Shown here: piece after piece, positions 1 to 9,908 of the stretch
Numbering within the stretch: position 1 is the stretch's first letter
How the letters are laid out: every line of letters begins with the position of its first letter
From: an uncultured Desulfobacter sp.
Lineage (GTDB): Bacteria; Desulfobacterota; Desulfobacteria; Desulfobacterales; Desulfobacteraceae
Reading direction: 5' to 3'
Assembly (NCBI GenBank): GCA_963665095.1
Contig: OY762069.1
Coordinates: forward strand, 4,832,001-4,896,000
Length of the DNA stretch: 64,000 bases
Notes under the pieces: generated by a model
Database searches by the model: none
The model's input: the letters and a program-made list of their open reading frames with translations, nothing else
What the model was told of the DNA's origin: nothing
Position numbers and translations under genes: made by a program

Positions 1-2
1 AC

Positions 3-125
3 AGGGCAGATGAGTTTTCACTGGAGACCATGGTGTCACAGTTCTTTAAAAGGCTTTACTTCATGGATGATGCTGCCGTTCGTACCCATATTCTGCCGGA
101 GATTGCGCCATATGCCGTGGAGTAG
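3..125 (+). CDS. C-terminal fragment of an upstream gene, probably an ABC substrate-binding protein (5' truncated by the window)
   Basis: Frame 3 is open from the window edge (RADEFSLETMVSQFFKRLYFMDDAAVRTHILPEIAPYAVE*) and overlaps the permease ATG at 112; the tail resembles that of the binding protein at 2879..3898. Confidence 0.55.
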   Translation, partial: RADEFSLETMVSQFFKRLYFMDDAAVRTHILPEIAPYAVE

Positions 126-1107
126 GTTCAATGGCAGGCATGTATGGATTGTCAGTGCCCTGCTGCTGGCAGGTTCCGTATTCCTGGGCCGTTATCCAGC
201 CCCTTTTATCACCACTGTCAGCGACATCCTGAACGATGACCTGGTGTTGAAAGTGATCATGGACATCCGTGTTCCCAGAATTCTGACCGCCTTTACAGCC
301 GGGATGGTCTTTGCCGCTGCCGGTACGGTGTTTCAGATGGTATTCAGGAACCCCCTGGTGGACGCAGGCTTTTTAGGTGTGTCCGGAGGTGCCGCCTTTG
401 GTGCCTCCCTGGGCATTGTTCTTCTGGGCGGGACCGTGGCTGCGGTGCAGGGCTGTGCGGCTCTTTTTGCCATGTCAGGACTTTGCTTTGCCTGGATCAT
501 TGCCGCAAGAATTCGCTTCGGGGACTGGGTGTTGCGCCTGATCCTGTCAGGCATTGCCGTGTCCGCCCTGTTTGCCTCCGGAACCGGGCTGCTCAAATAT
601 ATGGCGGATCCACTGCGGGAACTGCCGGAACTTACCTTCTGGCTTCTGGGCGGGCTTTGGGGGATACACTGGAATGATACCGCCCAGATCCTTATCATAT
701 GTATTCCCTGCCTTGTGATCATCTATTTGTTCAGGTGGCGGCTGAACCTTTTGTCCATGCAGGATCAGACCATTTTCTCTTTGGCCACGCATCCGTCAAG
801 GGAGCGGATTCTTCTTCTGCTCACCGCTGTAATCGCCGTGTCCGCTGTGGTTTCCAAAACCGGACAGGTCGGGTGGGTCGGGCTGATTGTTCCCCACATT
901 GCCAGGAAAATCGTGGGCTCGGATGCCCAGAATGCACTGCCCTGCGCCCTGCTGCTGGGCGGGTTTTTTCTGCTCTTCTGTGATGATGTGTCAAGAACTC
1001 TGCTGTCCGGAGAGATTCCCATTGGTATTCTCACCTCTTTTTTAGGGGCAGGTCTTTTTCTGATTCTTTTGACCCGGCGGCAGATCCGGTTGGGAAAACG
1101 CTCATGA
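112..1107 (+). CDS. FecCD/BtuC-family ABC transporter permease
   Basis: RVPRI, FRNPLVD, VGLIVPHIAR and EIPIG motifs; multiple TM helices; ATG 112 preferred over ORF start 10 because 3..125 is occupied by the upstream gene. Confidence 0.9.
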   Translation: MPWSRFNGRHVWIVSALLLAGSVFLGRYPAPFITTVSDILNDDLVLKVIMDIRVPRILTAFTAGMVFAAAGTVFQMVFRNPLVDAGFLGVSGGAAFGASLGIVLLGGTVAAVQGCAALFAMSGLCFAWIIAARIRFGDWVLRLILSGIAVSALFASGTGLLKYMADPLRELPELTFWLLGGLWGIHWNDTAQILIICIPCLVIIYLFRWRLNLLSMQDQTIFSLATHPSRERILLLLTAVIAVSAVVSKTGQVGWVGLIVPHIARKIVGSDAQNALPCALLLGGFFLLFCDDVSRTLLSGEIPIGILTSFLGAGLFLILLTRRQIRLGKRS

Positions 1108-1907
1108 CCCCGGCTGTCTCTTTACAAAGCGTAAGCTTTGGATACGACCATGCCCACAGCCGGGACAAAGACCCGGATGCCCCAGGGAAACTGACGCTGT
1201 CGGATCTCTCATTTGAAATCAGTAAAGGCTCGGTTACGGCCCTGCTAGGTGCCAACGGCGTGGGAAAAACCACACTTCTCTATCTTCTGCTGGATCTTTA
1301 CCCGCCCTCAAGCGGTACTATTCAGCGGTTTGCGGCAGACGGGACACTGTGTGAGGCACAAGCCGTTAAAAAACTGATGGGCATGGTGTCCCAGGAAGAG
1401 TCCATCCCCTTTGACCTGAGTGTGGAGGAGTACGTGCTTCTGGGGCGGGCCCCGCACTTAAAGCTTCTGGAGCTGCCCAAAAAGCTGGACAGGGAGATTG
1501 TCATGACCGCACTGAACACCGTGGGCATGGCTCATCTGGCCGGCCATGCCGCCACCCGGATCAGCAGCGGGGAAAAGCAGCTGGCCGGTATGGCCAGGGT
1601 GTTGGCCCAGTCCCCTGAGATCCTGCTCTTTGATGAGCCCTGCTCCCATCTGGACTTGATCAATACGCGCAGGACGCTGTCAATTATGAAAAACATTGCC
1701 CGGAAGGGGCACACCGTTATATTCACCACCCATGATCCCAATGCGGCAGCTGCCATTGCCGATCATGTCATACTTTTATACAAAGGCCGGATCATCGGGG
1801 AAGGTACCGTGTCCGAGACCCTGACCAGCCCGCTGTTAAGCCGGACCTACGGCGATGTTGTGGAAGTCACCCAGACGTCAAAGGGGCCGGTGGTCCTGGC
1901 CATATGA
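1104..1907 (+). CDS. ABC transporter ATP-binding protein (FecE/BtuD-like)
   Basis: Walker A GANGVGKT, signature ISSGE, Walker B LLFDE, H-loop THD; 4-nt overlap with the permease. Confidence 0.92.
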   Translation: MTPAVSLQSVSFGYDHAHSRDKDPDAPGKLTLSDLSFEISKGSVTALLGANGVGKTTLLYLLLDLYPPSSGTIQRFAADGTLCEAQAVKKLMGMVSQEESIPFDLSVEEYVLLGRAPHLKLLELPKKLDREIVMTALNTVGMAHLAGHAATRISSGEKQLAGMARVLAQSPEILLFDEPCSHLDLINTRRTLSIMKNIARKGHTVIFTTHDPNAAAAIADHVILLYKGRIIGEGTVSETLTSPLLSRTYGDVVEVTQTSKGPVVLAI

Positions 1908-2018
1908 CGGCTGCGGTGGGACCGGATCGGGGCTTTCTCCCTGGGCCGGCCCGCAAAAGATATGGAAGCTTTCATTTGAAGCCCAATAGTTAAGAGTTGA
2001 AAAATATAAAGGAGGAAA

Positions 2019-2879
2019 ATGGAAAAGCTAACCGACTGGAAGAACCTGTGGCATGCGTTGTCTGAGATCCAGGACCGGTCTTTTACCCGGGAAAAGGAAG
2101 CTGCCACGAACGATGTCTGGAAACATAAGGCAAAGGAGTTCGACAAACTGGTGGAAGACCGATGGGCCAAACCAGATTCATCCAGGGATTTTCTCATCCG
2201 GAAATTAAAGGAGAATCCTGGCTCAACCCTGCTGGATATCGGTGCCGGAACCGGGAAGTGGTCACTGCTCTGTGCGCCCTGGGCAAAAAAGGTCACGGCC
2301 CTTGAACCTTCTTTGTCCATGCAGGCGGTACTCAAGGAAAAAATAGACAAGGACGGGGTGGACAATATCGAGATTGTCACGGAGTCCTGGCCGCCGGAAA
2401 AGAAGGATGTTCCGGATCAGAAAGAATTGGTGGAGCCCCATGATTTTATCCTTACCTCTCACTCCATGTACGGGGTCGGGGATTTTGAAGCCTTTATCAG
2501 GGCCATGAACCAGTATGCCGTAAAGGGCTGTATTATGGTGATGCGGGCCCCGCTTGCCGATGCCGTCATGGCCAAAGCCGCTTCCAGGGTATGGGGACAG
2601 CCCTATGACAGCCCTAATTTTCAAATCGCTTACAATATCCTGCTGGGCATGGATATCTATGCCGATGTGGTCTTTGAGGAAAAGGGATCATGGCAGGGCT
2701 GGCACAATGACTCTTTTGAGACGGCCCTGGATGAGTTGAAAAGCCGTCTGGACATTGTGGATGATTCGTCCCATGATGCGTTTTTGACCGGGCTTCTTGA
2801 AAAGAACCTGATCGTGGAACCGGATGGGGTCCGATGGCCTGCGGCCAACCGGTCGGCCCTGGTGTACTGGGAGGTTTGA
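2019..2879 (+). CDS. Class I SAM-dependent methyltransferase
   Basis: Motif I LLDIGAGTG followed by ALEPS; strong RBS AGGAGG. Confidence 0.85.
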   Translation: MEKLTDWKNLWHALSEIQDRSFTREKEAATNDVWKHKAKEFDKLVEDRWAKPDSSRDFLIRKLKENPGSTLLDIGAGTGKWSLLCAPWAKKVTALEPSLSMQAVLKEKIDKDGVDNIEIVTESWPPEKKDVPDQKELVEPHDFILTSHSMYGVGDFEAFIRAMNQYAVKGCIMVMRAPLADAVMAKAASRVWGQPYDSPNFQIAYNILLGMDIYADVVFEEKGSWQGWHNDSFETALDELKSRLDIVDDSSHDAFLTGLLEKNLIVEPDGVRWPAANRSALVYWEV

Positions 2880-3898
2880 TGAGACGGACAGCCATTGTTT
2901 TCCTGTTTTGTATCTTCCTGCTAACCGTTTTATCCGGGTGCCGGTTTAATGAGGAAAAAACCGAAACCATTACCATTACCGACCAGATGGGACGAAAGGT
3001 AAAGATCCCTGCAAAGATTGAAAGAATCTGCGCCCTTCACCACTTTGGCGGCAAGATCGCCTATGCCTTAAAGCAGCAGCACCTGATGGTGGATACCGGT
3101 ATCTACGGCAGGGAGGCCGTGGCCTTGGGCGCCATTGACAGCGACTTTTCAGCCAAGCCCAACTTTTCCCAGGGACATGACTATAACATTGAAGGGCTGT
3201 TGAACCTGGGTCCCCAGGTGGTTTTTGCAACGCCTGCGTCCAGCCCGGCAGATGTGGCGGTGTTTACCAATGCCGGTGTTCCAGTGGTGGGTGTTGCAGG
3301 GGAAACCTTTGAACAAAGTTTTGAGGCGGTACGGCTGATGGGCAATGTGCTGCACTGTGAAGAAAATGCAAAAATCTATATTGATGCCTGCACCGGCCTG
3401 CTTGACATGGTCAAAACGCGCCTGGAAAAAAGAGAGGGGCCACCGGTAAAGGTGTTGTTTGCCGGCCCCATGAGTATCTATTCGGCTGCCACCGGCAGCA
3501 TGCTGCAGACAAAGATCCTGGAGTTGTCCGGTGCCGTAAATGTGGCCAAAGAGTTGCAAGGATTCTGGGCCGATGTCTCCCCTGAGCAGGTGGCGGCCTG
3601 GAATCCGGATGTGGTCTTTTTAGGCTCTTCCCTGGAGACCTACGGCAGGGCGCATATTTATGAAAACCCCCACTTTAAAACGGTTGCAGCCATTCAAAAT
3701 AAACGGGTCTACACCTTTCCCTCCAGCGTGGGGTGGTGGGATTATCCGGCACCCCACTGCGTACTCGGTGTTGTCTGGTCGGCCAAAACGCTCTACCCGG
3801 ACCTGTTTTCCGATGTGGATATGATGGCGGTGGCCAATGAATTTTATCTGAAGTTTGTGGGACACAGCTTTGAAGAGATGGGGGGACGACTGGAGTGA
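2879..3898 (+). CDS. ABC transporter substrate-binding lipoprotein (FecB/BtuF-like)
   Basis: Lipobox LSGC, ITDQMGRKV, NPDVV, WWDYP; ATG overlaps the upstream TGA. Confidence 0.88.
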   Translation: MRRTAIVFLFCIFLLTVLSGCRFNEEKTETITITDQMGRKVKIPAKIERICALHHFGGKIAYALKQQHLMVDTGIYGREAVALGAIDSDFSAKPNFSQGHDYNIEGLLNLGPQVVFATPASSPADVAVFTNAGVPVVGVAGETFEQSFEAVRLMGNVLHCEENAKIYIDACTGLLDMVKTRLEKREGPPVKVLFAGPMSIYSAATGSMLQTKILELSGAVNVAKELQGFWADVSPEQVAAWNPDVVFLGSSLETYGRAHIYENPHFKTVAAIQNKRVYTFPSSVGWWDYPAPHCVLGVVWSAKTLYPDLFSDVDMMAVANEFYLKFVGHSFEEMGGRLE

Positions 3899-4911
3899 AA
3901 AGATCGGCCCTTCTCATTGCCCTGGCCTTTCCGGTGGTAATCTTTATCTGTCTTTCCACCGGGCGGTATCCCATTGCGGTTGGAAAAATACCCGGTCTGA
4001 TTTTGGCAGGTGTCACAGGGGAGCGGCCTTCGGGGATCTCTTCGTCGGAACTGATGATTTTCTGGAATATCCGGGTGCCCAGGATCATATTAAGCATCAT
4101 GATTGGAGCCGGGATTTCAACGGCCGGGGCCGTGTTTCAGGCGTTGTTCCGCAACCCTCTGGCCGCACCGGACATCCTGGGGGTTACGGCGGGTTCCTGC
4201 TTTGGGGCGGCGGTGGTGATCATGTTTCTTGTGCCGGCTGCCTGGCTGATCCAGGGATTTGCCTTTGGATTCGGCATTCTGGCGGTGACCCTGGCCTACT
4301 TTCTGGCCTTTTTCAGCCGGGACAAATCCCCGTCGGTTCTGGTGATCACAGGAATTGTGATTACAGCGGTGTTCCAGGCAGGGCTCTCCTTTATCATGTA
4401 CCTTGCCAATCCCTATGACCAGCTGGCCCAAATCGTGTTCTGGACCATGGGCAGTTTTCATACGGCTTCCTGGGAAAAGATCCAGGCCACAGCCCCCATC
4501 CTGATATCCGGGGTGATTCTTCTCTCACTTTTTTCATGGCGGCTGAACATCATGACCCAGAACCAGGAGGATGCCATGGCCATGGGGGTGAATGTGTTGC
4601 GCTGGCGGATTTTTTATGTGCTTGCTTCCACCCTGATGGTGGCCTGCTCTGTGGCGTCTGTGGGGGCAGTGGCATGGGTGGGGCTTATTGTTCCCCATAT
4701 TGCAAGGTATCTGGCCGGCCCGGAACACAGCCGGCTTATTCCGGTGACCGCGGCCCTTGGCGGATTGTTCCTGCTGATCATGGATTCTGTGGCACGAAGC
4801 ATCCTCTTGTCTGAAATCCCCATCTCCATTGTCACCTCTATTTTTGGGGCGCCGTTTTTAGGGTATCTGGTGATCCGGGCCGGAAAGGAGCGGTATGAAT
4901 CTTTCGGTTAA
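3895..4911 (+). CDS. FecCD/BtuC-family ABC transporter permease
   Basis: RVPRI, FRNPLAAPDILG, VGLIVPHIAR, EIPISI; GTG start. Confidence 0.92.
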   Translation: MKRSALLIALAFPVVIFICLSTGRYPIAVGKIPGLILAGVTGERPSGISSSELMIFWNIRVPRIILSIMIGAGISTAGAVFQALFRNPLAAPDILGVTAGSCFGAAVVIMFLVPAAWLIQGFAFGFGILAVTLAYFLAFFSRDKSPSVLVITGIVITAVFQAGLSFIMYLANPYDQLAQIVFWTMGSFHTASWEKIQATAPILISGVILLSLFSWRLNIMTQNQEDAMAMGVNVLRWRIFYVLASTLMVACSVASVGAVAWVGLIVPHIARYLAGPEHSRLIPVTAALGGLFLLIMDSVARSILLSEIPISIVTSIFGAPFLGYLVIRAGKERYESFG

Positions 4912-5704
4912 AAATCTTTGTGCCGGTTATGGCAAAAGATCGGTGCTTAAGGATATCAGTTTTTCCATTCCGGAGGGGAAAATCTGCGCGCTCATGGGTC
5001 CCAACGGGTCGGGCAAAACCACGTTGCTTCGGTGTATCAACGGGGTGATCCCGTTGAAGAACGGTACCATTGAGATCATGGGGCAGAATATCAGCACCTT
5101 GAACCGCTTGAAAATCGCCCGGCTGATATCAGTGGTTCCCCAGGTCAGCTTTTCGCCGTTCTCCTTTTCATGTATGGACATGGTGCTCATGTCCGGAGCG
5201 TCCCGGATGAAAGCCTGGGGTACCCCTGGGGTTGAAGAAAAGGAAAAGGCCTTAAAGATACTTGAGGAGTGCGGTATTCGTCATCTGGCGGATCGTGCCT
5301 TTAACAATTTGTCCGGCGGTGAGCGCCAGCTGGTGATGCTCGGCCGGGGGCTTTTCCAGGATGCCCCGGTGATGCTCTTGGATGAACCCAACACCCATCT
5401 TGATTTTGCCAACCAGCACCATATCATGGGGCTGATCAGGGCCATGGTGGAAAAACATTCCCTCACGGTGCTGATTACCCTGCATGACCCCAATCTGACC
5501 CATTATTACTGCGATGAGGTGATCATGATAAAAGAGGGCAAGGTGGCGGCCCAGGGCCCGACCCGGACTACCATGACCGATCAGGCTTTGCGCCGGGTGC
5601 TTGGGGATAATATCCAGACCGATATTACTCAGAAAGGGGTTTTTGTGGTGACGCCAAAGTATGTTCATGCCGGTGTCTCCAAACCCCATGAGGTGGAGTT
5701 ATGA
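4895..5704 (+). CDS. ABC transporter ATP-binding protein (FecE-like)
   Basis: GPNGSGKT, LSGGE, LLDEP, LHD. Confidence 0.92.
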   Translation: MNLSVKNLCAGYGKRSVLKDISFSIPEGKICALMGPNGSGKTTLLRCINGVIPLKNGTIEIMGQNISTLNRLKIARLISVVPQVSFSPFSFSCMDMVLMSGASRMKAWGTPGVEEKEKALKILEECGIRHLADRAFNNLSGGERQLVMLGRGLFQDAPVMLLDEPNTHLDFANQHHIMGLIRAMVEKHSLTVLITLHDPNLTHYYCDEVIMIKEGKVAAQGPTRTTMTDQALRRVLGDNIQTDITQKGVFVVTPKYVHAGVSKPHEVEL

Positions 5705-6708
5705 AATGCAATTATTGTGAACGAAAATGCGATCTTGGCAGGGGAAACAGTTTCTGCGGCATGTATCAGGAGACCAACGGCGCTGTGGCGGAGGTCTATC
5801 CGGATCTCTGGTGCACCTATACGGCCTCCCGGGTGGAATCCGTACCCTTCTACCATGCCTATCCCGGCTCCCGTTCCATGATCATCGGAACGGCCGGATG
5901 CAATTTCAGGTGCCGATACTGCGCCAACGGGTTCATTGCCTGCCAGGACCCTTCCGGACTGCAGGATCTGATGTACCATTTTCCTGGGGAAAAACTGGTG
6001 GAGATGGCCCAAAAGCTCGGGTGCCACAATATTGTCTTCAACGTCAACGAACCTGCCGTCTCGCTGCCAAGCCTTGAGCGGGTCAAGGTTTATGCAGACA
6101 GGGCCGGTATCCCCATGGGGTGTCTTACCAACGGGTATACCACAAAGGAATCCACACAACTCCTGGCAGACATCTTTTCTTTTGTCCACGTTGGGCTCAA
6201 AGGCTTTTCCGATGATTTTTACAAAAAATATGTCGGGGTGCCTTCTGTGGAACCGGTTTTAAGAAATATCCGGGATCTGGCCCGAAGATGTCATGTGGAG
6301 GTGGCATTCCCGGTCATTGAGAATGTGAACGACCGGGATCTTCCCGAGGTGGCCTCATTTATTTCAGAAATCCGCCGGGATATTCCCTGGCATGTGTTCC
6401 GGCTGTTGCCCGAACACCAGATGAAGACAGCGGCATACCCTAATATTGAGCGGATCAGTGAAGTGCTGGCATCCTGCAAAGACCACCTTGACTATATCTA
6501 TTTCCATAATTTTGTGGGGTCTGAATGGGTGAATACCTTGTGCCCGTCCTGCGGGGCGGTTGCTGTTAAGCGGTTCAGCCTGGGGTGTTCCGGGGATCAG
6601 CTCGACCAATTCCTGGCCCGGGACAATGCCTGTCCTGCCTGCGGTACAAAGATAGCCATGCTGGGGACCAAGGTGGCCTGGGACGCCGGACGGGAACTTG
6701 GTGTTTGA
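5701..6708 (+). CDS. Radical SAM enzyme (AmmeMemoRadiSam/PFL-activase-like)
   Basis: CxxxCxxC (CNFRCRYC), N-terminal Cys cluster CNYCERKC, PFYHAYPG, C-terminal CPSC...CPAC. Confidence 0.85.
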   Translation: MKCNYCERKCDLGRGNSFCGMYQETNGAVAEVYPDLWCTYTASRVESVPFYHAYPGSRSMIIGTAGCNFRCRYCANGFIACQDPSGLQDLMYHFPGEKLVEMAQKLGCHNIVFNVNEPAVSLPSLERVKVYADRAGIPMGCLTNGYTTKESTQLLADIFSFVHVGLKGFSDDFYKKYVGVPSVEPVLRNIRDLARRCHVEVAFPVIENVNDRDLPEVASFISEIRRDIPWHVFRLLPEHQMKTAAYPNIERISEVLASCKDHLDYIYFHNFVGSEWVNTLCPSCGAVAVKRFSLGCSGDQLDQFLARDNACPACGTKIAMLGTKVAWDAGRELGV

Positions 6709-6840
6709 ACGAAAAGTCACCCACCTGCGGCGTTGCTGCACAAATCTACCAAATCATATAATCGGGCCTCACGTACTGAAGTACGCTCCGGTTTTAGATT
6801 TGCTTGCGCCTTGCATCTGGGCAACTTTTCGTCCAAACAC
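6701..6840 (+). repeat. 140-bp palindromic interspersed repeat, copy 1
   Basis: Terminal inverted repeats GTGTTTGAACGAAAAGT / ACTTTTCGTCCAAACAC; inverted homolog at 12286..12411. Confidence 0.9.
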
Positions 6841-6886
6841 CGAGGTATCATCCAAGCACGGGGTTTTCGCTCAAAAATGATATATG

Positions 6887-7035
6887 CACTTAAAGGTGAT
6901 AATTTATGCAGAATATAAATATAACATTACCTTTAGGTGTTAAATTTAGGTTTGATTTACAAAATATCCTGCTATATATTAATACCTAATGGTTATGTTG
7001 ACTCAATATTTTAAACTGAATCAACCCTAAAGGTA
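6887..7035. promoter_or_regulatory. Four near-palindromic ACC-N4-GGT sites, putative antitoxin operators
   Basis: CACTTAAAGGTG 6887, TACCTTTAGGTG 6928, TACCTAATGGTT 6983, ACCCTAAAGGTA 7024, in AT-rich DNA directly upstream of the HTH gene. Confidence 0.55.
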
Positions 7036-7040
7036 ATAAA

Positions 7041-7349
7041 ATGGCTTTTTATGGTTTAACGGACGAAGCAATTGCCACAGAGATTGGCCGGCGGCTGAAA
7101 ACGCTGCGGCTGAATAAAAATTACAGCCAGGAGGAGATGATCGAAAAGACCGGATTGTCCATCAAGGCGATCCGAAATGCGGAGAAGGGGAAAAGCACGT
7201 TGGCAACTTACATTGCTGTTTTACGGGCGTTAAATGCCCTTGATGCCCTGGAGAATTTCATCCCTGAGACACGGATCAGCCCGTTGCAGCTGGCTAAAAT
7301 GAATGGCAAACAGCGGTTAAAAGCATCGGGAAAAAGGAGTGATAGTTGA
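7041..7349 (+). CDS. XRE-family HTH protein, HipB-like antitoxin
   Basis: LKTLRLNKNYSQEEM...GLSIKAIRNAEKG HTH; 4-nt overlap with the hipA-like gene. Confidence 0.82.
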   Translation: MAFYGLTDEAIATEIGRRLKTLRLNKNYSQEEMIEKTGLSIKAIRNAEKGKSTLATYIAVLRALNALDALENFIPETRISPLQLAKMNGKQRLKASGKRSDS

Positions 7350-8671
7350 GGCCTGTTAAAACCGCTTTTGTAAAATTGTGGGGGGATACGGTCGGTGCTG
7401 TGGCCTGGGAAGAGGGGCAGTTGTGCGCGGAATTTGAATATGACCCGGCCTTTTTAAAAAAGGGGTTGGATCTATCTCCTGTTTTTATGGGGCTTGAAGA
7501 GGCGATCAGATCTCCGAGATTTTCCTTCCCTTCCATTGATCCTCTGACCTTCCATGGATTGCCGGGATTGCTGGCTGCAAGTCTGCCGGACAAGTTCGGT
7601 AACAAAATGATTGATGCCTGGCTGACACGGCATGGCCGCAGCCCTATGTCTTTTAATGCAGTTGAGCGCCTTTGCTATATCGGATCCCGGGGGATGGGTG
7701 CCCTGGAGTTTGAACCGCAGTTAAGCTCCAGGAAACTAAACCGGACAATTGATGTAGACGTTGACGGCCTTATGGAACTGGTTCAGGACGTTTTGACAAA
7801 AAGAACTGCGCTGGATCTCCGGTTGGACAAAAATGACCCGGATAAAGAAAAAGCCGAGGCCTTGTTAAATATTTTAAGGGTTGGTACCTCTGCCGGCGGC
7901 GCGGTTCCCAAGGCAATTATCGCCATGAATGATGAAAAGCATATTATTTCCGGGCAGTCGGATATTCCTGAAGGGTACGACCACTGGATTCTGAAGTTTG
8001 ACGGTATTTCAGAAGAGAATCCAGATAGCTTCGGCCGATCTTTTGATGACGGCCGGGTGGAATATGCCTATTACCTGATGGCCCAAGATGCAGGGATCGA
8101 TATGATGCCGTGCGATTTATGGGAGGAGAATGGCCGCGCCCATTTTCTCACCAGACGGTTTGACCGGGTGGGCAATAAAAAAATTCATGTGCTCTCCTTA
8201 GCCTGCATGGGACATTTCGGCTGGAATCCGGTGGGAACGGTGGGATATGAAGATGCCTTCTGGGTCATGAGAGAGTTAAGGCTGCCGTACAAAAGCCAGG
8301 AACAGCAGTTCCGAAGAATGGTTTTCAATGCACTATCCCGCAACCTGGATGATCACACAAAAAATATCAGCTATATGATGGATACCGACGGCATCTGGCA
8401 ACTCACCCCTGCCTATGACATCACCTTTTCCCTGGATTCTGCCGAGATTTTGGGTAACCGGCACAAGATGAAAATCAACGGGAAAGCCAGGGATTTTACC
8501 AGAGAAGATTTTTTGAACACCGGGAAGAAAATGGGGATCAAAAGGGCGGGCCTGATTGTTGATCAGATCATTGATGTGATTCGTCAATGGCCTGATTATG
8601 CTAAAACGTCAGGGGTTCGGTCCAAGGTGGCAGACCATGTGGGCCGGATGCATCTGGTGGATCTGGATTGA
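7346..8671 (+). CDS. hipA: HipA-family Ser/Thr kinase toxin
   Basis: N-terminal subdomain (LPDKFG, IGSRGMGALEF), Gly-rich loop GTSAGGAVPK, catalytic NLDDHTKN, LTPAYD; TTG start with AGGAG RBS. Confidence 0.9.
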   Translation: MRPVKTAFVKLWGDTVGAVAWEEGQLCAEFEYDPAFLKKGLDLSPVFMGLEEAIRSPRFSFPSIDPLTFHGLPGLLAASLPDKFGNKMIDAWLTRHGRSPMSFNAVERLCYIGSRGMGALEFEPQLSSRKLNRTIDVDVDGLMELVQDVLTKRTALDLRLDKNDPDKEKAEALLNILRVGTSAGGAVPKAIIAMNDEKHIISGQSDIPEGYDHWILKFDGISEENPDSFGRSFDDGRVEYAYYLMAQDAGIDMMPCDLWEENGRAHFLTRRFDRVGNKKIHVLSLACMGHFGWNPVGTVGYEDAFWVMRELRLPYKSQEQQFRRMVFNALSRNLDDHTKNISYMMDTDGIWQLTPAYDITFSLDSAEILGNRHKMKINGKARDFTREDFLNTGKKMGIKRAGLIVDQIIDVIRQWPDYAKTSGVRSKVADHVGRMHLVDLD

Positions 8672-8693
8672 TTTATGAAGAAGGGGACCTTGT

Positions 8694-9908
8694 ATGAGCC
8701 TTGCAATTATTGATGCCAGAGAGTGGCAGAACCGGTTTGATCTTGAAACAGGCCGGAAAAGCGGACATGACAGTGGTGCTGCGCAGATGCTCAGCCAGGT
8801 GTTAAGTCGTCACCCATACCCTGGGGACATGGACGAAAGGGCCAACCAGTGGGTCTCCGAAACGGCTCTGGATCTGATGGAGCAGTATGAGCCGGATCTG
8901 GTCTGTTTAAGCTATGTTCAGCAGTTTTTTGCCAACCGCCACTTCAGGCATTCAAAGGATGAACAGGCACACATGTTTTCAACAGCCATGGCCGAGGCTG
9001 AAAGGTTTATTGAAATTTCAGGTTACACCCCGGTATATGTCAGCAACGGCGGCATGGTGGCCCAGCAGGGGGATATCGACCTGTCCGGCCTGGACGGCCT
9101 TGCTCTGTCCTCCAACTGGTCGGCCCGGTACTGCGGCCTGCATCGGCCCAGTGCAAAGGATCTGGATTATATCCGTTCGATTAGGATCAATGGTGGCAAG
9201 ATCAGTGGTGGCAAGGCCAATGGAACCGACCCCATTGAACGGATTGTTTCAAAATCAGAGTGGATTGATCTGTTCAAAGCGGCCCAGCCCGACCTTGACA
9301 TGTGCGAGGATCAGCGGCTTCTACCAGACTATCTTGTGATTGCAAAACAGGGCTTTTCATTCAAGGCCCTTGGCACCACTTTGCGAAAGCCTGTGAACAT
9401 CCCGGCCCACAACTTTGAGGTCCCGGTGTACACTCCTTTGGGAGCCGTTGGAGATATCAGGGATATAAGGCCTTTGATCCTTGAAAATATAAAAGATACA
9501 AAAATCGCCCTGATCCTTTTGGAAGGGCTTGAGCTGTCCAGCTTTCCCTCCGGGGCCTTTCTGTGCAGCAACTCGGTTGACTGGTTCTGTCACGAATCCG
9601 GAGATTCCTTTTACCTGACGCTTTCCACAGGAAAACACCAGCCCTTTGTCTATCCCACGGGATTTCGCTATTTTGACCGGGATGAGGAAAATATTCAGTT
9701 TCCTTTTTCCGGTTATCTGACCTCGATCCCGGAAAATACACTGGCCATGGATATCCCTCAAAAAAGCATTGCCGTGGGCAACCGCAGCATGTTTACCCAC
9801 ATGATGTTCGGTGCAGACATCGCCATTGAATGCTTTGCACGAAATCTGTTCAATCAGGGACTGATGGGTGTTGTCCACCGGGAAAAAGGGTTGGGGGTCA
9901 GGTCTTGA
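8694..9908 (+). CDS. Hypothetical protein, possibly alkaline-phosphatase-superfamily fold
   Basis: 404-aa ORF with RBS; PDLVCLSY and IALILLEG weakly resemble core strands of that superfamily; function not established. Confidence 0.6.
   Translation: MSLAIIDAREWQNRFDLETGRKSGHDSGAAQMLSQVLSRHPYPGDMDERANQWVSETALDLMEQYEPDLVCLSYVQQFFANRHFRHSKDEQAHMFSTAMAEAERFIEISGYTPVYVSNGGMVAQQGDIDLSGLDGLALSSNWSARYCGLHRPSAKDLDYIRSIRINGGKISGGKANGTDPIERIVSKSEWIDLFKAAQPDLDMCEDQRLLPDYLVIAKQGFSFKALGTTLRKPVNIPAHNFEVPVYTPLGAVGDIRDIRPLILENIKDTKIALILLEGLELSSFPSGAFLCSNSVDWFCHESGDSFYLTLSTGKHQPFVYPTGFRYFDRDEENIQFPFSGYLTSIPENTLAMDIPQKSIAVGNRSMFTHMMFGADIAIECFARNLFNQGLMGVVHREKGLGVRS

Noticed and set aside
1908..2018. GC-rich imperfect hairpin as a possible cobalamin or Moco riboswitch
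   Set aside because: Short region in which I could not recognise the conserved riboswitch motifs; an Rfam scan would be needed
6698..6918. Small ORFs here and at 12253..12478 sharing HLRRCCT and FACALHL peptides
   Set aside because: They are translations of the DNA repeat; the 14-nt length difference shifts the frame between copies, arguing against coding
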